Positions 9,877-19,410 of a stretch of 34,177 bases of DNA are shown piece after piece. Where the stretch lies: assembly GCA_963766075.1 (NCBI GenBank), contig CAVYAN010000018.1, positions 1 to 34,177 on the forward strand, read 5' to 3'. The stretch comes from an uncultured cyanobacterium (GTDB lineage Bacteria; Cyanobacteriota; Cyanobacteriia; Leptolyngbyales; Leptolyngbyaceae). The stretch's first letter is position 1; every line of letters begins with the position of its first letter. Made by a program: the position numbers and the translations under genes. The notes under the pieces are model-generated. The model searched no databases. It was not told the origin of the DNA and was given only the letters and a program-made list of their open reading frames with translations.

Positions 9877-10018
9877 GGGCGGCTTTCCTGCTGAGAACCA
9901 GAAACTCAAGGCCAAATGTCACGGGGCCACCTTAAAAAGGCCCTAGCGCAGCAGCACACAACAAAGGTGCCAGCGTTTTTAAGTTTACATTTTTAATTTC
10001 TCTCTCCCCATTGCGGCA

Positions 10019-11727
10019 CTAAAAGCTAAAGGTTGTCCGAATTGTGCCAATAAAAATGCCATTGTTTTCGGCAATATGCCCTGGAGCGGTGACATAGAAA
10101 AACCCAGGGGTAATCGCAATATTATCGTTAATCTGAAATCGGTAAAATGCCTCGAAGTGAAGGGAATTCGCCGAAGTCAACCCGCTCAATCAGTGCGCCA
10201 AGATTCAGCTTGGGGGGTTGGCCAATCATGAATACAAGCTGATCCCCTAGGCGACCAAAGGGATCGTTAATACCCAGCGACAGTAGGAAGGTGCTGGACA
10301 GAGTAACGGCCCCCAAATCTTCGATCTGGATAGTCGCGATCGCTGATGACCCGAAACACCTTCCCAAAGGTGGAATCGGTCAGGATGGCCCCACCCCAGG
10401 CCCCCAGGGTGACTTTGGGGGCCAGCCGCCATTGCAAAGACGTACCCAAGGCATGGATGGTGGCCGCTTGGCCAAAACTGCCAGAAGTATCGGCATTACT
10501 ACTCCCTGTGAAAGTGGCTAGGGTGCCATCCTCGGAAAAGGCATTGATATAGGTGAATCCCAAAATAACTCTGGCATTGGGACGGTAGAGGAACTGCGCG
10601 CCGATCGCCTGATGCCCCGAATTAAACAATCCCACATCCGGCCGATTGGCCAGTTGTGCCCCATAGGCCAGTTGAAACCGCCACTTTTTGCTGATTAACC
10701 AATCCAGCCCCACGCCACTGTCCAAACTGCCAATCCGGAGAATGGGGTTGAGGGCCGCAAAGCGGGAGAGGGCTCCCCGGCCAGCATCGGTGTAGGGTGA
10801 ATTGGCACTCAAGACACTGCTGAGAGTGAAGCCCACGGGCTGGAACGCTAGCACCAAGCGTTTACCCACCGCAAACCGATAGTCGAGGGCATTCACCTCG
10901 AGCCGACTGCCCGAGTCGCCTTGGTAGGCCAGCAGCGCCATGTTGGTATTGAGCGATCGCGAATCGGCAAATCCCTCGCCCGCAAAATTGCTGGTGGCGA
11001 GACTAATGCGCAGCAGGTCGCGATCGCCCGTAAAGGACGAGGCCAATTGCAGTTGCGTCAGGTTGGTGAGCACGGTATTCGTTTCCCCTAGACCGGGCGG
11101 CTTGCCCCCGGCGGCGGCGTTGAGCGCAAAGACCACCTGGCCATGCAGGACCGTCGTTGTGGAAAACTGGTGGGTTTCTAGGGTGGCCGTCCGCTGCTGG
11201 AGGGCATCCACTTGGCCGCGCAACACCGCCAACTCAGAGGCAAAGGTGTCTTGCAGCTTTTGGAGCGTGAGCACATCGTTCTGGGTAACCCGATCGGCAG
11301 TTGCGCTGCCCAGCAAGTCATTGATCCGATCCAGACAGGCGTTCAGACCGGCGGCGAATTCGTAGCGGCTCAGGGGGCGATCGCCGCGAAAGGTCCGATT
11401 GGGATAGCCCGTCATGCACCCATAGCGTTCCACCAGGGATTGCAATGCCTGAAACGCCCAATCGCTGGGCTGCACATCGGTCAATTGCGCCACGGAGTTC
11501 ACCTGATCAAACGCCGACTCCGCACTCGCCGCATCGCTGGGCAAATCAAACTCGTCGGCAGTGACGACAGCAGAGAAGCCCTCTGGTGCAGGCACGCGTG
11601 ATGGCGGAGCCTCCGACGGCAAGCTAGAGGCCAGAAAAAACGGCGTTAATGCAGGGGCCGGTGGCGCTGCCCGTACGATGGGGATAGGCATGGGATGGAC
11701 GGCAACCGGTGGCAGGGAAGGCAGCAT
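10019..11727 (-). CDS. SLH-domain outer-membrane porin (SomA/OprB-type), with two frameshifts near its 3' end
   Basis: SLH motif DVQPSDWAFQALQSLVERYGC..GYP..TFRG..RYEFAAGL, a coiled coil and QFSTTT. It continues in other frames through GQPPKL (ORF 10128-10367) and SLHFEAFYRFQINDNIAITPG...GTIRTTFSF to a TAG at 10019-10021. Confidence 0.88.
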
Positions 11728-11801
11728 GGGCGGGGGGCTCCGGGGGGCTCGTTTCCTTTTCCTTGAAAAGAATAATACTGCATGAACACTCTAGATGGGC
11801 T

Positions 11802-14800
11802 TTAATGCTGATTCTTTAACGAATGTACATCCTCAGGGCAGTGGGCTAAATCCCCGGCCTTGACGCTGGGGTAGGCCCGCAGCCAGCGGCATCCGCGCGT
11901 GAGCAGACTTGGCAATGTTTCCACGGGAATAAATCGGACTTGGCCTGCTTCATCGCCCGCCGCCAGATAGTGACCATCGGGGCTAAAGCTGACACTCACC
12001 ACCGCCTCGGGAAATCGATACTCTGACAGTAAGTTATTGTCTAGGGACCACATCCGCACGGCATTGTCATTACTCGAAGTGGCAAAGCGCTGCCCATCCG
12101 GACTCACCGCCAGTCCCAAAATCGGCTCCCCCTCGTGGGCAATCAGCACGCTGTCGGGGGCACCGGTCAGGCTGCGTCCGATTACTTTCCCACCCTGAAC
12201 GATGAGCAGGCGAGTACCATCCGCGCTGAAACTGGCCCTTTGCACATCCCCTGCGGCAATTTCGGCCTGCTGATCTCCGGTGAGGCTCCACAGAAAGGCC
12301 CCCTGCCTACCCGCCGTCACCAGTTGCTGACCGTCTGGGCTGAAGTCAATGCTATTAGCCGAAGGGGCCTGAAATATCGTGGGTGGGCTGCCGGGGCGGC
12401 TGTAGAGTTGCACCCGCCCGGTATCCGTGATGATCGCCATCGTGTTTTCCTGCCGATCTGCTTTTTCCTGCTGATTAGCCTGTCGATTGGCCTGCCGATT
12501 GGTCTGCCGACGGAGGCTGACCCCCACCACACGTTGCTGTGGCACTGCCAGATCTGACTGCCGCACCGGCAAGGCAGGCAGGCTGCGCCCCGCCAGACTC
12601 CACACTCTGACGACATCGGCTCCGTCTACCGTAAATAACTGTTGCCCATCTGGGCTAAACTGTAGGCCCGAAACGTAGCGCTGCTGGGTTTTCAGCACCG
12701 GAAAGACGGGCTTGTGGAGCCGCCATTGCGATACGCTACTGGTGCGGTTATCGACGTCAGCGATCGCCAATTGCTGACCATCGGGGCTGAAACCCAGGCT
12801 GACAATTACCGATTGTTGCGTTTTAATCTCCTGCACGAACTGCCCCTGGGAATCCCACAGGCGCACCCTGCCATTCCCCCCCCCGTGGCCAGCGTTTTGC
12901 CGTCGGGGCTAAAGCGTAGGCTGAAAACACTATTCTGCTGTGTGTTCAATTGCCGTTCCGGTTTCCGAGGGTTGGCATCGCCCAGGCTCCAGAAACTGAC
13001 CCTTCCGTCCCCGTCGCCACCACAGATGGCAACCTGTTGGCCATCGGGGCGAAAGCTGAAGCTGATCCCGCCCGTTTTGATCTCGCCCCGGCGTTGTCCG
13101 TTCAGGCTCCAGCGGCGGAGTACGCCCTGACTCAGGGTGGCGATTTCTTGGCCGTTGGGGCTAAAGCTCACCTCGGCAAAGTCTTTTGCACCCACGGCGA
13201 ACGTGTGTTCGGGTTGCCAGGGCTGCCCGGTTTGGGCTCGCGTCCAGAGGTAAAGGGTGCCGTTCTGGGCGATCGCGGCTATCCGGCGACCATCCGGGCT
13301 CAGACTGACACTCCACAGGGGATGCCGCCCCAGCGTTGAGGCTGCTTTTTCCTGACCATCAACACCCCAAAAGCGCACGGTGCCATCTTCGGTAGCAATC
13401 ACCAACTGGTCCGCGATCCAGCTAACGGTCAACACCTTGGCCTGCGCTAACCGAATCTGATTCACGGCCTGGATATTGTCCAAAATCCTTTGCAGGGCAA
13501 GGATTGGACTGAACGCCGGGTAAGTGTTTAAGGGCCGATCTTTGACCAGGATCGAGAGTTGTTGTCCCGCTCGCACGGCGGTCAGAAGGCCATCCAACTG
13601 CTGGACTTCAAACTGTTTCAGAGCGGTGTTGCCCGCGCGCTCCAACCGGGTGCCGTCCTGAGCTTCTTTTTGGGACAGATGGGCCCAGTGGGCAAAGGCC
13701 CCCGCCACGCCTGCTACCGTCAGCCCGATCGCCATCACAGTCGTGCCAATCAGCACGCGCTGTTTGCCTTGGGCTGCCGCCGCCTGCAAGATTTGGGTAG
13801 CCCGCTGACTGACATCCTCTGCCGTGCGGCTGGTATGGGTATAGCTGACATGCAGATCTGTGGGGTGGGGGCGTTTCTGCTGGCTTTGAGCCAGCCATTG
13901 CTCGGCCCCTTCCAGTTCATCGCCCCGCAGGAGCAAACTGTCTTTGCGTCCTGCACTGTCCCACTCGATCGCCCGCACCAATAGCCGAGTATGGGTATTC
14001 AGATGGGCGCGATCGGTATCCAACACCCGCAGCAGGTGACTAAAATGGGTCGAGAAATCGACGTCCTGTTGGTTGAAGTCAATCCATTGCACGGCGGCCA
14101 GGGCTGGATGAAGATCCTCCACGGCGATCGGGCGATGCAACACGGTGACAATGCGCTTGTTCAACTTCTGGGCATAGTCTACTTCCCCGGCACAGTAGGG
14201 AGACTGGATGGAACTGGGGGAAAGAATGAATAGAAAGTGATCGGCGGTTTCAATCCCGTGATTAATTTCCTGCTGAAAGTCCGTGCCAGACGCAATACTT
14301 TCCTGGTCAAACCAGGTGCGTTTACCCTGGGCCTGTAACGCATCATTTAAGCAGCGGGCAAAGTCGGAATCAGTGCGGGAATAGGAGACAAACACATCCA
14401 ACGATCCACCTGGGGGTTGGCGCAGGCTTTCGGCAATAAATTCCACCTGCAAAGGAATCGGTGCATATTGGGGGCGCTGCTGGGCTACCTTCAACCAGGC
14501 TTCCGAGTGGCGCAGGTTATAGCCCCGCAGCAAAATGCTGGGGTTGCGGTTCTGGCGCTGCCACTTGAGCGCTTTGGTCAGTAGCATTTTATGCTCGGCA
14601 TAATAGGCTGCATCCTGTCGCAGAGTGCGGATGAGCTGGCTCTCATCATGCAGGTAGTCGGCGGGAATGGCATTGTTGACTAGGTCAATGTACTGCAATC
14701 CCCGCAGGAAATCAGGGACTGTATCAGGATCCGTTGTCTGCACAAGAATGGGAATGATGCGCTTGTTGAGAGCGAGGGCGTAGTCAATTTCACTGCGGCA

Positions 14801-15715
14801 GTAGGGCGATCGCAGCGCATCGGGAGACAGCAAGTAGACCAGGTTATCTGCTTCTTCAATTCCCCGGTTAATTGCCGCTTGAAAATCGGTGCCCGTTTGA
14901 ATATCAATTTTACTCGTCCAGACCGTGAAGCCTTGGCGCATCAGGCTCCGGCAAATCTGATCGGCGATCGCGTTGTCTTCCTCGGCGTGGGCCAGGAAAA
15001 CCTGGGTCATCAGGTTATTGGCATTCTTGATGCTTTCGGTGATGAACTCGCAATGCAGATCAGTGGGTAAACAGGGCGGCTGCCCAGGATCAAAGCGCGT
15101 CTGGAGCCATTCCTCGGCCTGTTGTCGCTGTTCCCCAATCAACAGGTACCGCACCTGTTTCTGATACTGCACCCATTCCAGAGCCTGAATCAGCCATTGT
15201 GTGTGTTGTCGAACGTAGTTTTGGTGTCGCTCCAGGGTAGAAAACAAACCCACCAGGGACGCTTCATAGTCATCCACACCGTCCCGGAAGTAGACCCAGT
15301 TAATCTTGCGAATCGCGGGGTGCATATTTTGAAAGTGATCGTGCAGCCCGCGCGCTTGATAGTCCTGCCAGTCGGCATCGGTGCCATGCGGGCAGCGCTG
15401 CTGCCAGGTTTCGCGACTGATTTGTTCAACATGCAGCAGGGGAATGATGCGCTTGTTTAATTGCAGGGCCAGGGCAATTTCCTTCAGACAGTAGGGTGAG
15501 TTCACCGCGTGGGGCGAAATCACGAACAAAAAGTTGTCCGATCGCTGAATCCCATCGTCAATCTGATCCTGAAAATCCACAGCCAGGGGAATATCGTTCT
15601 GGTCAAACCAGACCTTCAAGTTCTGCGCAGTCAGACGTTGATGCAGTTGCAGGCAAAATGCCTTACTGTCAATACGCCCGTAGGAGATAAATGCATGATG
15701 AAATTCGTTGATCAT
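11802..15715 (-). CDS. Triple-TIR, transmembrane, WD40-repeat protein (~1300 aa), frameshifted in a G9 tract at 12876-12884
   Basis: Three TIR domains (AFISYGR, VFLAHA, VFVSYSR), each with SP...SPYCxxE. A hydrophobic helix VLIGTTVMAIGLTVAGVAGAF is followed by many FSPDG WD40 repeats. One extra G joins the two ORFs (ATGGGNGRVRLWD). Likely start is ATG 15715. Confidence 0.88.
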
Positions 15716-15828
15716 ACTTATCGTTTCGGGATGCTTATCGTCGCGGAATACCCAAGGGCTCTCTAGGGCAAGTATCGCTGAAGACGTGGGCGATCGCGTG
15801 CTGCCTACCGGCAAATTTATTCCTGCTC

Positions 15829-15871
15829 AATGGCGAGACGAGCAAAAGCTCTAATGGCGAGACGAGCAAAA
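15829..15871. repeat. 19-bp direct repeat in the divergent TIR/rpsB promoter region
   Basis: AATGGCGAGACGAGCAAAA at 15829-15847 and 15853-15871. Confidence 0.85.
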
Positions 15872-15893
15872 TTTTCCCAGGGGGTCTTGAGGC

Positions 15894-15999
15894 TGTGCTA
15901 CGCTAGGAAAGCTGTTTTAAACTCACACATCCAGGACTTCGGGTGTTTCTGTAACCAGAGATACACCTGGGTGGACGTTAAACCCGAAAGGAGAATCCC
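15894..15999 (+). promoter_or_regulatory. rpsB promoter (extended -10-like) and structured 5' leader (t44/S2-leader-like)
   Basis: TGTGCTACGCT, then ACTCACACATCC, a GGTGT...ACACC stem, TTCGGG/CCCGAA pairing and an AAGGAG RBS. The layout resembles the conserved rpsB leader. Confidence 0.55.
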
Positions 16000-16779
16000 A
16001 TGCCCGTTGTTTCATTGGCTCAATTGCTCGAGTCTGGTGTTCACTTTGGCCACCAAACTCGCCGCTGGAATCCTAAAATGGATCCCTACATCTACACCTC
16101 TCGTAACGGGGTGCACATCATCGACTTGGTGCAAACCGCCCAGTTAATGGATCAGGCCTATAACTACGTCCGCACAGCTTCTGAACAAGGCAAAAAGTTT
16201 CTGTTCATTGGCACTAAGCGCCAAGCCGCAGGCATTGTGGCTCAGGAAGCCTCCCGCTGTGGAGCCTACTATGTCAACCAGCGTTGGCTGGGGGGCATGT
16301 TGACCAACTGGGCCACGATTAAAACCCGTGTCGATCGCCTCAAGGATCTGGAACGCCGTGAAGAAACCGGTGCCCTCGATCTCTTGCCCAAAAAAGAAGC
16401 CTCCATGCTGCGGCGGGAACTGGAAAAACTCCAGAAATACTTGGGCGGCATTAAGCACATGCGCAAGATCCCCGATATTGTGATCATGGTGGATCAACGC
16501 CGGGAATACAACGCTGTCCAAGAATGCCAAAAGTTGGTGATTCCCATCGTGGCGCTTTTGGACACCAACTGTGACCCGGATGTGGTTGATGTGCCCATCC
16601 CCGCAAACGATGACGCGATCCGGTCGATCAAGCTGATTGTCGGCAAGCTGGCCGATGCTATCTATGAAGGTCGTCACGGCCAACTGGAAGCCGAAGAAGA
16701 ATACGACTATGACGGCGTAGACGAAGAATACGAGTACGACGAAGCCGAATTTGCTCCTGAGGAAGAAGCGCCGGAATAG
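16000..16779 (+). CDS. rpsB: 30S ribosomal protein S2
   Basis: [35 protein letters not shown] and PANDDAIRS. Confidence 0.99.
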   Translation: MPVVSLAQLLESGVHFGHQTRRWNPKMDPYIYTSRNGVHIIDLVQTAQLMDQAYNYVRTASEQGKKFLFIGTKRQAAGIVAQEASRCGAYYVNQRWLGGMLTNWATIKTRVDRLKDLERREETGALDLLPKKEASMLRRELEKLQKYLGGIKHMRKIPDIVIMVDQRREYNAVQECQKLVIPIVALLDTNCDPDVVDVPIPANDDAIRSIKLIVGKLADAIYEGRHGQLEAEEEYDYDGVDEEYEYDEAEFAPEEEAPE

Positions 16780-16891
16780 CGGGATGGAAAGGCGGTTAGG
16801 CATCGGCCCGTCCGCAGCCTAGCCGATTTCCCCAGGCTCGCAATCGGCAACTGCCTCACCCACATACAGAACAGCGTAGGGATGAACTCTC

Positions 16892-17680
16892 ATGGCGGAC
16901 ATTACTGCAAAAATGGTTAGTGAACTGCGCCAAAAAACTGGCGCAGGGATGATGGATTGTAAGAAAGCCTTGCTGGAAAACGACGGCGATATTGCCAAGT
17001 CGTCCGATTGGCTCCGCAAAAAAGGCATGGCTTCCGCCGACAAAAAAGCGGGTAAAACCGCCGCCGAAGGCCTCGTGGATAGCTATATCCACATTGGTGG
17101 ACGCGTGGGTGTGCTGGTAGAAGTCAACTGCCAAACAGATTTTGTGGCTCGGAACGAAGCCTTCAAAGCCCTCGTTCGGAGTATCGCCATGCAAATTGCG
17201 GCAAACTCCAATGTGGAATATGTCAAGGTTAGCGATATTCCTGCCGAAATTGCCGATAAAGAAAAAGCAATTGAAATGGGCAAGGATGATCTCGCCGGTA
17301 AGCCAGACAACATCAAGGAAAAAATTGTCCAAGGGCGGATTGACAAGCGCCTTAAGGAAATGTGCCTGATGGATCAAGCCTACATCCGCGACCAAAACAT
17401 CACCATCGACGAGTTGGTGAGGCAAAATGTGGCGCAATTGGGTGAAAACATCCAGGTGCGCCGCTTTGTGCGCTTTGTCCTGGGCGAGGGCATTGAGAAG
17501 GAAGAAACCGATTTTGCTGCTGAGGTAGCGGCCCAAATGGGGAAAGCGGCTCCGGTAGAGGCCGCGCCCCCAGCCGAAGCCCCAACGGCGGATCCCGTCG
17601 TGGCAGAAGCGGCTCCGGTGGCTGAACCACCCAAGGCCGAAGACAAGCCCAAGGCAAAGGACAAAAAGAAAAAAAAGTAG
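16892..17680 (+). CDS. tsf: Translation elongation factor Ts (short type) with Ala/Pro/Lys-rich tail
   Basis: [29 protein letters not shown] and VRRFVRF.LGEG; directly downstream of rpsB. Confidence 0.98.
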   Translation: MADITAKMVSELRQKTGAGMMDCKKALLENDGDIAKSSDWLRKKGMASADKKAGKTAAEGLVDSYIHIGGRVGVLVEVNCQTDFVARNEAFKALVRSIAMQIAANSNVEYVKVSDIPAEIADKEKAIEMGKDDLAGKPDNIKEKIVQGRIDKRLKEMCLMDQAYIRDQNITIDELVRQNVAQLGENIQVRRFVRFVLGEGIEKEETDFAAEVAAQMGKAAPVEAAPPAEAPTADPVVAEAAPVAEPPKAEDKPKAKDKKKKK

Positions 17681-17713
17681 GTCTTGCCTGCAATTCAGGA
17701 TGGCAATGATTTC

Positions 17714-17741
17714 AGGCAGTCCTTCGGGGCTGCCTTTTGTT
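17714..17741 (+). terminator. Rho-independent terminator of rpsB-tsf
   Basis: AGGCAGTCC-TTCG-GGGCTGCCT followed by TTTGTT. Confidence 0.85.
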
Positions 17742-17843
17742 ATGAGCCTATCGAATGATTATGAGGCTGTCGAATTCAGGTAGATTAGATCCAAGGACGG
17801 TGGCAGCACTATTCCGTTGAAGCACTATGCAGAAGGTTTGGGG

Positions 17844-19325
17844 ATGATTACGGCAATAACAGTACTGATTGCATTGGCGGTGTTGGGCTGGGGCTTTTAC
17901 CGGGCCCGCCCCTTCGGCAAATTGGGTATTTTGGCTTGGCTACAGTCAGTGGTGTTAATGGCTCCGTGGCTGTTGGCGTTTGGCTTGTCGATCGCAGGCA
18001 TTTACCTCAACCTGATTGTGATCATCGTGCTGTTTGTCGCTTCCACAGGGTTGTACATCTATTTGGGGCGGCAGTTGCGATCGCTGAGCCAAGATGCCGC
18101 CCTGGCCCAACGCGCTGCCGCCTTGGCCAGTCCGCCTCCGGCAGAAACATCAGAAACATCAGATGTGACCAATCCGCCGCCTGCCCCTGCGGTCGAGGGT
18201 GAACCCGCGATCATTCCTATTCCCCCCGAGGATTTACAGGTGATTCAGGGAATTTTTGGCGTGGATACCTTTTTCGCCACTGAAACCATCCCCTTTCAGG
18301 AAGGGGCCGTGTTTCGCGGTAACCTGCGGGGGGACTTGGAGTCTACCTATACCAAACTGGCGACCAACTTAGCCACGCGGGTGGGCGATCGCTATCGCCT
18401 TTTTTTCGTGGAAGGACAAGACAAGCGGCCCACCTGCATTGTGCTGCCCAGCAGCAGCGATCCGCAGCCTTCCACCCTCATGCAAAATATCATCGCTGGG
18501 GTGTTGATGGTGGTGACGTTCGCCGCCAGTATGGAAAGTGCGGGAATCATGGTGGGCTTTGACTTTTTCACGACCCCCACCCGCTTCGCTGAAATTCTAC
18601 CCTTGGCCCTTGGCATTGTCAGCATTCTGGCGGCCCACGAAGTGGGCCACTGGGGCATGGCGCAACGCTATCAGGTACGGCTGAGCTGGCCTTTTTTCAT
18701 TCCCACCTGGCAACTCGGCTCCTTTGGCGCGATTACCCGGTTTGAGTCAGTGCTCAAAAATCGGACGGTCCTCTTTGATATTGCCCTAGCGGGGCCTGCC
18801 GCCGGGGGCCTGCTGTCCCTGGGATTTCTCGTTGTGGGCTTGGTGCTTTCCCATAAAGGCAGTCTGTTCCAGGTGCCTACCGAATTTTTTCAGGGCTCTA
18901 TGTTGGTGGGCACTCTGGCCCGGGTGGTGTTACGGGAATCCTTGCAGGAGCCGATTGTCGATGTTAGTCCCTTGGTCATTTTGGGTTGGTTGGGCCTGAT
19001 TGTGACCGCCTTGAATCTGCTCCCGGCGGGGCAGTTGGATGGGGGGCGTCTCGTGCAGGCGATCTATGGCCGGACGATCGCCAATCGGACGACGGTGGCG
19101 TCGATCATTGTGCTGGGCCTTGCTTCCTTGGTCAATCCCTTAGCCCTCTATTGGGCGATCGTAGTTCTCTTTTTGCAGCGGGAATTGGAACGGCCCTGCC
19201 TCAACGATCTCAGTGAACCAGACGATACCCGAGCTGGGTTAGTATTACTGGCCCTGTTCCTAATGATTGTTACCTTACTACCCCTCACCCCGAGTTTGGC
19301 CGGACGGTTGGGGATTGGGGCCTAG
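17844..19325 (+). CDS. Site-2 protease, peptidase M50 family (EGY-like)
   Basis: HEVGH zinc motif, NLLPAGQLDGG, GNLRG motif, AGP and many TM helices. ATG at 17844. Confidence 0.92.
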   Translation: MITAITVLIALAVLGWGFYRARPFGKLGILAWLQSVVLMAPWLLAFGLSIAGIYLNLIVIIVLFVASTGLYIYLGRQLRSLSQDAALAQRAAALASPPPAETSETSDVTNPPPAPAVEGEPAIIPIPPEDLQVIQGIFGVDTFFATETIPFQEGAVFRGNLRGDLESTYTKLATNLATRVGDRYRLFFVEGQDKRPTCIVLPSSSDPQPSTLMQNIIAGVLMVVTFAASMESAGIMVGFDFFTTPTRFAEILPLALGIVSILAAHEVGHWGMAQRYQVRLSWPFFIPTWQLGSFGAITRFESVLKNRTVLFDIALAGPAAGGLLSLGFLVVGLVLSHKGSLFQVPTEFFQGSMLVGTLARVVLRESLQEPIVDVSPLVILGWLGLIVTALNLLPAGQLDGGRLVQAIYGRTIANRTTVASIIVLGLASLVNPLALYWAIVVLFLQRELERPCLNDLSEPDDTRAGLVLLALFLMIVTLLPLTPSLAGRLGIGA

Positions 19326-19410
19326 GAACGCTGAATTAAAAATCCCCAGAGCGGCAGAACTTGGCTAAAATTCCCTCGAACAGAGTTTTGGAAGCTCTGA
19401 GTTCTGGCAC

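Noticed and set aside
12468..12510. 12-bp in-frame repeat encoding QTNRQANRQANQQ in a WD40 loop
   Set aside because: It is best explained as another local micro-duplication tolerated in a loop, not a separate functional element.
16144..17536. Long antisense ORFs opposite rpsB (219 aa) and tsf (226 aa)
   Set aside because: These are shadow ORFs expected from codon bias in highly expressed genes, with no recognisable motifs.
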